A stretch of 36,189 nucleotides of DNA from Saprolegnia diclina VS20 (taxonomy: Eukaryota), in the NCBI RefSeq assembly GCF_000281045.1, contig NW_008246136.1, forward strand, positions 258,137-294,325, written 5' to 3'. A program made the translations under genes and the position numbers. The notes under the pieces were generated by a model. The model searched no databases, was not told the DNA's origin, and saw only the letters and a program-made list of their open reading frames with translations. Position 1 is the stretch's first letter. Every line of letters starts with the position of its first letter. Shown here piece by piece: positions 12,208-21,891 of this stretch.

Positions 12208-13039
12208 TTACTTGCGGCCGCGCTTGCCCTTTTGCGGCCCCTTCTTGCGCTCCTTGGGTGCCTCTTCTTCGGCGCCGGCCTTCCCGCCCTTCTTCGAGAC
12301 GACGACCTTGGCGCCCTTGCCCTTGTTGCGCGCCGCGTTCTCACGGGCGGCCTTCATCTTGGACCGCTTCGACGGAAGCGCAATGCCCTTGCGCTTCTGC
12401 TGTATCCGCTGGAAAAGCGTCATTTGCTTGTCGCGGTTCGCACGTTCCTTCTTCTTGGCGAGGTGCGCCAACAACTGCTCTTGCTCCTACGCATTGGCCT
12501 TGGGACGATGGCTCCACGGCTACTAGCGGTACCTCGTCGCTGAGCTCGTCCTCCGAGTCGCTCTTGAGCTCACCAACGGTCGTCGTGACGGTCACGACGT
12601 TGCCAAACTTGTCTACGCTTATATGAGACGACCACGGAATCGCATCCGATTGTACCTTGTGTGTGGGCGTCGTCAAAGTTGACGACAGCCTTGTCATCGT
12701 CCTCGGCCACGTGCTTGACATCGACCACTTCCGGAATGCTCTCCATGAGCTTCTTCTGCTCGGCCTTGCGCTATCCAAAGGTGCATGAGCCCATATCATC
12801 ATGCGTGGAATCGTACGATCTTGCGCTGCTCGATGAGGATCTTTTGCTTCTTGAAGGCTTCCATGTCATGGCCAAAGCGCCGGCGCTCCTGCTTGCGCTT
12901 CGAGAAGCCCGTGAGGTAGTCCCTACACGCAGATCGCATGAGCACGCGAGGCGACGGCAGATGCCACGGACTTGCGCTTGTCTGCGTCAAAGGTCACGAC
13001 GAGCTTGCTCTTCTTGTTGACCTTGGCCTTCGTCTTCAT
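12208..13039 (-). CDS. NOL12: Nucleolar protein 12 / Rrp17 (Nop25 family); multi-exon
   Basis: Spliced N-terminus LVVTFDADKRKDYLTGFSKRKQERR is the Nop25/Rrp17 signature. It is followed by a VTVTT segment, an acidic patch and a Lys/Arg-rich tail. Confidence 0.88.
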
Positions 13040-13356
13040 GCTCGAATATGACGCTGTCGGGTATAATTGGCTGGGAGCTGGCACAGGGCTGTTCCAACGA
13101 CTAAATTCGGCACGCCGTGCCGAATTCAACATAGCAATATGCCGAATCCCACCAGGGTGCCACCTCGACAACACGGAAATGGTGTGAGATAGGGATCGGC
13201 GCCGTGGACACCGAGGGACGCGGCCGTGCACCCTCGGGCAGCTCCTCTGGCTACCTGCAAGCTCGTGGGCTGCTGCAGTGCTGGTGTCAATACATGTAAT
13301 CGAAAGAGATTACGTAGAGGTACATACTATTAGCAGAAGATTGGCAAAGGAAGAGT

Positions 13357-14943
13357 TTACTGGTTGAGCTGCTGGAGGATGGCCTGGACAAGGCCGACGC
13401 CGTAGCCCGTCGCGCGCTCGTCGTCCGTGCTCACGGGGTAGGCCATGTCGACATGGATCCACTTGCCGTCCGTCTCGTACGCGCCGAGGTGGTTGGCGAT
13501 GAACTGACCGGCGCAGCTCACTTGGGCGTTGGCGCGGTTCTTGACCGAGTTCTTCATGTCGGCCACGGCGCTCTTGAACTCGCCGCGGAAGAACTCGGGC
13601 ACATACGGCATCGAGTGGCAGAGGTCGCCCGACGCCTTGCCGGCGCGGACCGCGATCGCCTCGAGCTCGTCGCTGTTGGTCACGATGGCACCGACGCGGT
13701 TGCCCGTGGCGATACCCTGCGCGCCCGTGAGCGTCGCCATGTCCAAGACGACCTCGGGGTTGAGGTGCTTGACCGCGTACGCGACACCGTCGCCGAGCAC
13801 CAAGCGACCTTCGGCATCCGTGTTGTTGATCTCGACCGTCTTGCCCGAGTACATGGTGTGGACGTCATCGGGGCGCGTCGCGTGCGGGCCCACCGAGTTC
13901 TCGGCGAGGCAGAGCACGAGGTGCAGCGGGTGCTTGATGCCCGCGTTGCCCGAGGTGACGGCGGCTTCAAAGGCGCCAAGGAGCGCCGCCGAGCCACCCA
14001 TGTCGCGCTTCATGCCGACCATGGAGCCCGAGATCTTGAGCGAGAGACCACCCGTGTCGTACACGATGCCCTTGCCGACGAGCGCGACACTCTTGGCGTC
14101 CTTAGATTCTTCGGTCGGGTAGTGGCTGAGCACGACGAGGGCCGGCGGGTGGAGCGCGGCTTGGCCGACGCCGTAGATGCCGCCAAAGCCACGCTCACGG
14201 AGCTCTTCGCCGCGAATGATGGTCACCTCGGCGTTCGTGCGCGCGGCGACGGCCTGGGCTTCGGCAATGTACGCATCGGTGTGGAGCTCGTTCGGCGGCG
14301 CGTCGACGAGGCGCTGGGCGAGATGGACACCGTCGGCGGTCGCGTTCAAAAACGACACTTCTTCGTCCTCGAGGCCGTCGTTAAAGACGACGTGGACGCG
14401 GTCAGCCTTGACGGGCGTCTCGGCCACACCCTCGACAATGACGCCCGAGAGCGACGCCGACTTGTGGCTGTAGTGCGACACGCCCTTGGCGACGGCGACA
14501 CCGGCGGCCATGAGCGTCCGCGAGTGCTGCGGCAAGGCAAGACCAACAAGCGTCTCCGACTTGTCCGAGACGTTGCCCTTGACGATGGAGCTGATCGAGT
14601 GCGGGCGAGCGAGCGAGTTGTGGCGCGAGACGGCCGTCGGCAGCTGCGCGACGACGCAGCTCACAACATGCTCGCCAAGCGGCAGGTAGAGATGCGACGA
14701 CACGGGCGTGTCCGTGTTGGGCGTGAGCTGCGAAATCGCGTGCTGAAGGATCTTCAAGGTCGACGCCGGGACGCTGGCCTTGGCACTCTTGGGCTCGTGC
14801 GCCTTGCTGACCGTGTGCAAGAGCTGCTCGAGGATGCGCCCACCGAGCTCGACGCCGGGCGTCTCCTTCGTGCCGATGAGAATAAGCTTGGGCAAAGCGC
14901 CGTCGGCGACGATGCTGCCGATGCTACCGAGGAAGCGGACCAT
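13357..14943 (-). CDS. NPEPL1: M17 leucyl aminopeptidase, NPEPL1-like; intronless
   Basis: VGKGIVYDTGG, MKRDMGG, NTDAEGRLVLGDG, DMATLTGAQ, ADMKNSV. The N-domain SRHNS motif is typical of NPEPL1. Likely start MVRFLG at 14943. Confidence 0.93.
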   Translation of the reverse strand: MVRFLGSIGSIVADGALPKLILIGTKETPGVELGGRILEQLLHTVSKAHEPKSAKASVPASTLKILQHAISQLTPNTDTPVSSHLYLPLGEHVVSCVVAQLPTAVSRHNSLARPHSISSIVKGNVSDKSETLVGLALPQHSRTLMAAGVAVAKGVSHYSHKSASLSGVIVEGVAETPVKADRVHVVFNDGLEDEEVSFLNATADGVHLAQRLVDAPPNELHTDAYIAEAQAVAARTNAEVTIIRGEELRERGFGGIYGVGQAALHPPALVVLSHYPTEESKDAKSVALVGKGIVYDTGGLSLKISGSMVGMKRDMGGSAALLGAFEAAVTSGNAGIKHPLHLVLCLAENSVGPHATRPDDVHTMYSGKTVEINNTDAEGRLVLGDGVAYAVKHLNPEVVLDMATLTGAQGIATGNRVGAIVTNSDELEAIAVRAGKASGDLCHSMPYVPEFFRGEFKSAVADMKNSVKNRANAQVSCAGQFIANHLGAYETDGKWIHVDMAYPVSTDDERATGYGVGLVQAILQQLNQ

Positions 14944-15980
14944 CCTTGGGTGTGTCGAAAGCCGCAAATTCGAAAGTGGTCGATGTGGCTCAAAACCAAG
15001 TTGCCCTTTTCCGGATCTTGCTGCCAAAAAGAGGGACGTCGGAACGGCACCGATATAGTGTACGTGGCACGGCTGCCAAGCCAGGATATGGATTCCGACG
15101 GCTTCGGTCACTGACTGGCGCCAGTATCAACCGGGATCTGTGCGTGGTCCTGGAGCATAATCGTTCACTGCCCACGTCATGAGGCTTCGCTCGCAGCTTT
15201 CTTGAGCGCGTTGGACTGTGTAGTACAAAGGAAATCCTACCTTCTGGTAATCTAACTTTGCAGTAGTCGCACCGGGTAGGTTGAGCTAGCTGTGAGTGCC
15301 CGTGGAAAATACTAGCGTTAGTGATTTGCATCACTCGAATTGGCTACACACGGCCTTATTAAGTACACGTACACAATGGGAAGCACAGGTAGCTTCGTAC
15401 ATATTCCATAGCTTTTCAAGTCAAGTTGTCTAGGGAGGTCTGATTTCCAATTCAATAGGCCAGCTTCGCGTCATAGCAACACATGAGGACGAGGGCATCA
15501 TCTTGGTCATCGCGAAGCCTCACCTCGGTCTGACGCCCCATCCAACTTCAACCGGTCGTTCAACCCTGCCTTCAACCATCTTGCGTACTTCACACCCGTT
15601 TCTGGTTACAGTTGACCTCTTTCTGTCTTTTGCCAGCACATTTGGTTTTGAACTAAATAGTGTATGACGTCTTTCTTTCGAGGTGCTGCGTTCCGTCTCA
15701 AATCGAGTCAAGATGTCGCATGTATAAATTACTGTTATGCATACCATTTAAAACGGTCGGGCGACCTAAATTCGGCGTGTGTGCCGAATCCAAGTCTCCT
15801 CCAAGGATCACAGCACGCACGTCCAAGGCAAGGACAACAGCGCGCAATCGATAGTCTTGTTGCGTGTGGCAAAGAAGCACTCGAGGGCGTTTATCGTGCG
15901 GGACATGTATTTCCACCCAACTAGTCCGGCGCCGAAAATAAGACGATTTGGCATAAACACGGAGCCGACGTGTAATCAGA

Positions 15981-16874
15981 ATGGCGACCGTCGCATCGCT
16001 GTGGGCGGACGTCGTCGCGTACGTGTCCAAGTCGCTGCCCGAGCGCGTCGGCGCGGCCCGGCGGCTGCTTGACGAGTACGGCGGGTCGCAGGCGATGGCA
16101 CAGACGCTGCATGCTGCCACAAGCGTCCACCTCCGAGCTCTCCTCAGCACGGCCTCGGACGTCCTTTCTGGCAGCGACGAGGCTGACGTATCCACTTGGT
16201 ACTTCCTGCTGGCGGCTTCTGTCGCCGCCATGGACCCAGCAGTGGGGCTTCAAGACGAAGCGGCGATCGTGCGTCTCCTACGTCGCGTCGGGCCATTCAT
16301 GACGCTGATGCCCGTAGCATTGGCCGCCTCGTGGCTGCTTCTCGGAGCGCGCTGCTTGGAAGCGCTCGAGTCGAGCGAACATGGCCGCGAGTACATCTGG
16401 GAGGGCATCGTCCGCGCGTTCAATCAATGCAGCAGCTTGCCGCCTGACGACGTTGCGGCTCTCGGGCGAGCTATGACGGGCCTCTTGAAAAAGGATAGCG
16501 ATCTCATCTACAGAAATGACTTCCGGGTACGCTCCTCCTGTTGTGGCGACTTGCTATGATGGCATGGCGCCAGGTGTGCGTCGATATTGTGCTCCGTGAA
16601 GCCACTGACCTTGACTTGGACGATCCTCGGCGAATGCCCGTCGCTGACGTCCTCTTCCACTCGGTCGCTTCCAAATTCTTCATCGACACAGGTATGTGAA
16701 GCCATTTTCAACTGAAGCTTATGCTAAACAGGCGGGTACCGGGCGGCAGCTTTGGCAAGCGTCGTGCAGCACTGGCGCGCCGAGCTCGACGCACAGCGAC
16801 CTGGCGATGCGACGATCGACGCCAAGTTGGCTCGTGCCGCCGAGCACCTTGCGCAGTATAAGCACATAGAATAA
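15981..16874 (+). CDS. SPIN90/Ldb17 (WDS family) leucine-rich-domain-like protein, 268 aa
   Basis: Introns 16527-16573 and 16692-16731 give DLIYRNDFRVCVDIVLREATDLDLDDPRRM, resembling the conserved FY.ND..vLiDI..R.l.DL...D..R segment of SPIN90/Ldb17/Dip1. TAA at 16872-16874. Confidence 0.65.
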
Positions 16875-16937
16875 TAGAGCGATTGATTTCGAATGGTCAT
16901 GATGATAGTAGTCGTAAAGTAAGGAGGTCGAGGCAGT

Positions 16938-17120
16938 CTACTCCTTCTGGAGGTGCTCGAGGATGAGCTGGAGCTGCGCCTGGACGTCCTCCTGCACGTT
17001 GAGCTTGTCGGCTTCAAGCTCATCGTGGTGCGTGGAGAGGAACTTCTCGAGGGTCTTGGCGGCCTGCTTCTCCGAGACGGGCGTCACTTGCTTCACCTTC
17101 ACGCTGCCAAGCACGTCCAT
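16938..17120 (-). CDS. 60-aa small protein, resembles RNA polymerase I subunit Rpa14/Ker1
   Basis: Good start context (accATGg) and nearly all codons end in G/C. Sequence VKQVTPVSEKQAAKTLEKFL...VQAQLQLILEHLQ. The coding call is firmer than the family call. Confidence 0.6.
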   Translation of the reverse strand: MDVLGSVKVKQVTPVSEKQAAKTLEKFLSTHHDELEADKLNVQEDVQAQLQLILEHLQKE

Positions 17121-17887
17121 GGTCGAAGCTTCAAGTTGCGAATGATGGAACTATCCGGATACGCGCTCTGGACCGGGGGCTCCCAGCCAGTCGCTGGTGA
17201 CTGGCGGACCACCACCCCCCACCTCGCGAAACGGCCACCCCCTACTCCACCCACGTGGCACGCCGACCACCACGCTGGTCGTTACACCCAACTTTGAGAA
17301 TTGCGCGCGGCTCCCAACAGCGATGCGTTGCTGCGGTGCACATTTCGCACGTGCGCACATCACGAACGACATGTTGTCCGTCCTGGCACATCCTTGTAGG
17401 CGCGTCACATCCTTCCCCGCGACGACACTGGTCGGTGGCGAAAACAAGTTGCGTGAAATCCTCCGGCTTGGGTTTCAGCACCGTGGATTCCACGTCACAG
17501 AGGCGACGAGTCGCCGCCTGGCCAAAAACCAGGCGTTCCACGTGGTAATAAAATGCCTCAGGTGGGTGACTATACTCTATTTTTGTATTGGAATGAAAAA
17601 AATACGCCTGTCGCGCGAGTCGGCGGTCGTGGATGTGGCGTCCGAAACGTATCTTCCTAATTAGGCACCAACTCAATGAATCCACCAATGAAAGCACGTT
17701 ATATCGTTAAAAGTCCGAATGGAGCCCGCGTGAGTGTGTCAAAAGTCCGAATTAATCGAGACTGGGATTCAGCAAAGTCGTGGCAGCTTGGATTTGATGG
17801 GATGCGAGGATTCGGTTCCAAGATCTTAGAGTCCTCGGAGGGTGTTTCACTCCACTTGGTTTCGCCCGCCTGAATCCGCCTAAAGGA

Positions 17888-17904
17888 GCTCACTTTAGCT
17901 TTGG
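17888..17904 (+). promoter_or_regulatory. Putative oomycete initiator (INR/FPR-like) element for AdoMetDC
   Basis: gcTCACTTTagctttgg resembles the oomycete YCAYTYY initiator followed by a T-rich flank; predicted TSS near 17892. Confidence 0.55.
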
Positions 17905-18033
17905 ATGCACGGAGACCAAGTCCCTTGCACCACCAAGACTAGCGGCGTCACGTTGTTCGAAAACTACCAAGTCGACTCTTCCATCATCTACACGGGCTTC
18001 TTCTACATCGGAGCTTGTGACGAACCTGCCTAA
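17905..18033 (+). CDS. Upstream ORF (42 aa) in the AdoMetDC 5' leader: MHGDQVPCTTKTSGVTLFENYQVDSSIIYTGFFYIGACDEPA*
   Basis: ATG 17905, TAA 18031-18033, ends 11 nt before the main ATG and in a different frame. All 17 F/Y/I/D/V/N/H codons end in C. Confidence 0.8.
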   Translation: MHGDQVPCTTKTSGVTLFENYQVDSSIIYTGFFYIGACDEPA

Positions 18034-18044
18034 CATCGACTACC

Positions 18045-19139
18045 ATGAAGACCATTGACCAAACCATTACCGATTCTACCAACAACGTGACGTCCGACAC
18101 GGCGTCGTCCACCGACTCGCGTGGCGACCAGCCCGTGATGGACTACCCCAACACCTTTGAAGGCCCCGAGAAGAACCTTGAGGTCGACCTCGTGCCCGCC
18201 TGCGACGGTGCCGATCCGCGCGGTCTGCGCGCGCTTTCGCGCGCCCAGATCGACGCGCTTCTGGACGCTGCCAAGTGCACGATCCTCTCGCACGTCTCCA
18301 ACGCGCACCTCGACGCGTACGTCTTGTCCGAGTCGTCGCTCTTTGTGTATCCGCGCAAGATGCTCATCAAGACGTGCGGCACGACGACGCTCCTCAAGGC
18401 GCTCCCGCTCCTCACCGAGTACGTGCGCGACCTCGGCTTTGCAGTCGAGAAGGTGCGTTACTCGCGCAAGAACTTTCTGCTGCCGGACGACCAGCTCTTC
18501 CCGCATACGTCGTTCGCGTCTGAAGTCGACTACCTCAACGACTTCTTCCCGAACGGCGCTGCCCACATCCTCGGCCCGATCAACGCCGACCACTGGTTCG
18601 CGTACGCGTGGGATGTCCACGAGCACGGCGAGCCGGTCACCAAGCCGTCGGTTGGCGTCAAGGAGCACACGGTGCACATCCTCATGCAGGACATGCACGA
18701 AGACGCAGCCGCGGCCTTCTTCAAGCGCGACAACGGCTGGGACGGCGCCGCCATGAGCGAGAAGAGCGGCATCCGCGACCTCGCGCCGGACGCCATCATG
18801 GACGCCTTTGCGTTCGAGCCGTGCGGCTACAGTATGAACGCGATCGACGGTCCGTCGTACTCGACGATCCACATTACGCCCGAGTCGCACTGCAGCTACG
18901 CCAGTTACGAGACGAACGACATGGTCGGCGCATACGGCCCGCTCATCCAGGACGTCGTCGGCGTCTTCCGCCCCGCCAAGTTTACGGTCACCATGTCGGT
19001 GGTTGGTGAGCTCACCATGAAGGACCACATCTTCAAGAAGAAGGACTTCAACGGCTACAAGCGCCGCGGCGGTTGGACGCAAGCCCACATGGACGGCGAC
19101 ATTACTGTCCTCAAGGCCAACTTTGCCCTCGTCAACTGA
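18045..19139 (+). CDS. AMD1: S-adenosylmethionine decarboxylase proenzyme (eukaryotic type); intronless
   Basis: FEGPEK, self-cleavage site YVLSE/SSLFV, IKTCG, FEPCGYSMN, STIHITPE, YASYE. Confidence 0.97.
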   Translation: MKTIDQTITDSTNNVTSDTASSTDSRGDQPVMDYPNTFEGPEKNLEVDLVPACDGADPRGLRALSRAQIDALLDAAKCTILSHVSNAHLDAYVLSESSLFVYPRKMLIKTCGTTTLLKALPLLTEYVRDLGFAVEKVRYSRKNFLLPDDQLFPHTSFASEVDYLNDFFPNGAAHILGPINADHWFAYAWDVHEHGEPVTKPSVGVKEHTVHILMQDMHEDAAAAFFKRDNGWDGAAMSEKSGIRDLAPDAIMDAFAFEPCGYSMNAIDGPSYSTIHITPESHCSYASYETNDMVGAYGPLIQDVVGVFRPAKFTVTMSVVGELTMKDHIFKKKDFNGYKRRGGWTQAHMDGDITVLKANFALVN

Positions 19140-19633
19140 GTCGATTATTATAGTTATATTGTTAGTAGTTTAGTTGCATAGCCATGATAAGGACTCCCCT
19201 CCTGAAAAACAAGTTGTATATTTTGAAACGAAACGAGCAACTGGTTGCTACTAAGATAGCATGAACATGTACAGCCTCACCCATCTGGACCACAACATAT
19301 GTTGGTGTATGGGGCTAGGGGATGGCACCACGGAGCGTGTGACGCGTCGCATCCGATCGCGGTGCCATTTTAGCGTAGCGTCATCGCCCACGTGATGACG
19401 AGATAGTAGTAGCTGTATCCTCTAGAACTAGACTGTCCATTTGACTGGTGTTCCCATGGCAACTGCAAAGCCCTCCTCGCGAGCAACGCAGGCTCATGCC
19501 GTCGCTGCTGCACGATGAATCACGCTGCCGCAAGGTACCTTCCCGATACCACGCGTTGCGGAATGCTCCGAGTCTCTGGATTCTTTTGTTATACTTGAGG
19601 CGTTCCAAATCCCACAGTTTTGGAAGCAAGGAC

Positions 19634-20831
19634 TTAAGCTGTCGCGTTCGGGTAGTAGAAGGCCTCGACGACCTCCATGAGGGGTGGTACGACGTAGTGG
19701 AACGACACCGTGTCGGGCGCCGCGCAGCCCGTGCCGTTGAGCCATCCGATGCCAAAGTGGTCTGAGAACCAATTGTTCTCTTGGTAAATCGACGTGTACA
19801 CCGAGTGGTCGAACGCGTCTTCGTCGTGGGGCTCGAAAAAGATGCGCTCGGGACTGTACTGGTGGAAGCGCTCGCGACCCATTGCGTCGCTAATACAAGA
19901 CAAACTAAGATCTACGATATCACGGACGCTGTGTACCGCGTGTCGGCGGGCTCGATGCCGTGGTACCGCATGCAGAACGAAATGGCCCAGTCGTCCGGCA
20001 CAATCTCGTCCGGAAGACAGTACGGCTCGTCCAAGCTCTCGACAAGCAACTAGTCGCCATGACAAGGTGCAGCATGAACGAGCTATCGTCTACCTTGAGG
20101 TACGGCGCGCTAAAGGCATAGCCGCCCCCACCAGGCGTGTAGTACAAACCACCCTGGTCTCTCGTCGCAGCCAGCGTGTCCTCGACCGCGGCGCGGCGCG
20201 CTGGCGCCATGCGGTCCAGTGACACGGAGTGAAACCACTCAAATTGGCGACGGAGCTCCCACCACTGCAGTGTCATGCGGTGACCCTATGCATACGTTGA
20301 GCCCAAGAGCACCGGCGACGCAGCTGTCTACGAGCAAATGGGGTCTTGACGCGTCATAAGGCGCGAGAAAAGTCCGAAGGTTGTCGACCAAAACGTACGT
20401 GTCGTCGTCGCACTTGAAGATCCAATCGTACGTGTCTCCGTACTCGCGCCAGAGGATGCGAACGATATCGCTACAGCAACTCAGACCAGTTGTCAACGCG
20501 TCAAGACGAACCGGTGCTTCTGCCACAGATGGAGATGCGTCGGTGGCGCCACAACGCGGACCGTTGGGATCGCCGGGTCGTATACGTTGCTCATGAAGAC
20601 GACCTTGTCGCAGCGCCGGCCCCACGTCGCCTTGATGGACGCGGCGCGAGCATGGTTCTTCTCGTATGTGTTGACCCAGCAGAGGATCTTGGCGGCCTTT
20701 GCAGGTGCTGGAAGCGCGCGGACGAGCTCGAGTGCATGTACGTGGCGGCCCAGCTGTGCGCGGACGTCGGCGACCTGCGCGCCGACCAGCGCCGCCAGCA
20801 GCAGCAGCGTCAGCGCCAGCCTCGCCAGCAT
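19634..20831 (-). CDS. C1GALT1: GT31 core-1 beta-1,3-galactosyltransferase-like protein; multi-exon
   Basis: Signal/TM MLARLALTLLLLAALV. Motifs ILCWV.T, IKATWGRRCDK, YDWIFKCDDDTY..VDNLR, GGGGY, DTR...GRERFH, SFHYV. Confidence 0.88.
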
Positions 20832-21123
20832 GCTTCAACCTGATTGGCTTGCTGCTCTTGGCAAAATACCATACGTGGCGTAATTTTACGGTGCATAGAC
20901 GACGCGTTAAACAACGCCGAGGCGTTTTAACGTCTTTTACTTGGCGTTCAAGACCAATACCTGGTGCGATGATTGATGTCATCATTACTGTGACGACCGG
21001 CATTGGTTTGGCAGCATGAACACCCGCAAGGCCTCGCTATCGAATAGTCTCGACTGCTGTACTGTCAGAATAAAAAAGGTGTAGAACGGCGATACATCGA
21101 ATTCGTACATTTTGACTTACATG

Positions 21124-21757
21124 TTAGTACGTCAACAAAGGGTTGTGCGGAGGAAACTCGCGGTTCTCTTGGAGCATGGCTGCGCACGCACGGTGCGCCA
21201 AGTACTGCACACATCGATTGTATTTGGAACGGGAGAGAGGAGCGCAGATGTACGAACAGTGATAACGACAAGCGCCGCGATCAGCAGAGAGCCGAGCACG
21301 ATGCAAGCGACGTCCCAGCCGTTCTTGTCGCTGAACGACATGGCGTTGGTCATGTGCAGTAGCAGCATGATCTCGCCGCCGCACTGGAGCGCGCCAAGGA
21401 GACACGTGGCATAGTAAAACTAGCAGATCACGTGAGCGAGACATGATGGCGGCAAGTGTACAAATTCACAGAGCGCGGCCTGTCGCTCGAGGTTGCCTTT
21501 GGTGCAGCGCACGTCTAGCGGCGGCTCTAGCACACCATTCCATAGTACCCACATACAAGGCGCCAAGGCCCACCGGCAAACGCTGGTCGGTCCGACGTCA
21601 TTTCTGACGCTACGTAGCCGATGGCGCCGACGAACAGCGTAAAGATGGCGGTCCACCAGATCGCGTACGTGAAGAGGAACGAGAGCACACTGAGGGCGAC
21701 CATGGCACTGCAATGTCGGCTCAGCATCTCGCGCGGCGTCTGCTTCTCGACCAGCAT
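21124..21757 (-). CDS. Small multi-pass membrane protein, unknown function; multi-exon
   Basis: gccATG start. Hydrophobic segments AMVALSVLSFLFTYAIWWTAIFTLFVGAIG and WDVACIVLGSLLIAALVVIT; probable last exon YLAHRACAAMLQENREFPPHNPLLTY*. Confidence 0.65.
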
Positions 21758-21891
21758 GGCCGCCGTCGTTTGTGAAGCGGTTTCGCCGTCTCCGCAGGAA
21801 TGGATCTGCATCACTGCAACGACCAGAAATGCGCAAGTCCAAGTTGCAGGCGCAGCAGAATGGCGCAACGGTGGCCGTTTCATGCGCAACC

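Noticed and set aside
13104..13127. cDNA EcoRI adapter (AATTCGGCACGAG) contamination
   Set aside because: Both arms lack the terminal AG, and a diverged copy occurs at 15766, which favours a genomic motif. Raw reads would settle it.
13453..15114. 553-aa plus-strand ORF
   Set aside because: Antisense shadow of the aminopeptidase gene, expected from strong GC3 codon bias; no protein motifs.
17676..17873. 65-aa ORF that also ends Pro-Ala-stop upstream of AdoMetDC
   Set aside because: Lies upstream of the predicted initiator, lacks C-ending codon bias and overlaps promoter-like repeats. Revisit only if a longer leader is found.
18018..18047. Programmed frameshift fusing the uORF to AdoMetDC
   Set aside because: The main frame has a TGA at 18018-18020, and no slippery heptamer or antizyme-like site is visible in the few remaining bases.
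18030..19088. 352-aa minus-strand ORF over AdoMetDC
   Set aside because: Antisense shadow ORF with no independent coding signal.
19137..19181. Stop-codon readthrough tail as in vertebrate AMD1
   Set aside because: The stop context is TGA-GTC, not TGA-CTAG, and the AT-rich extension hits another stop within about 14 codons.
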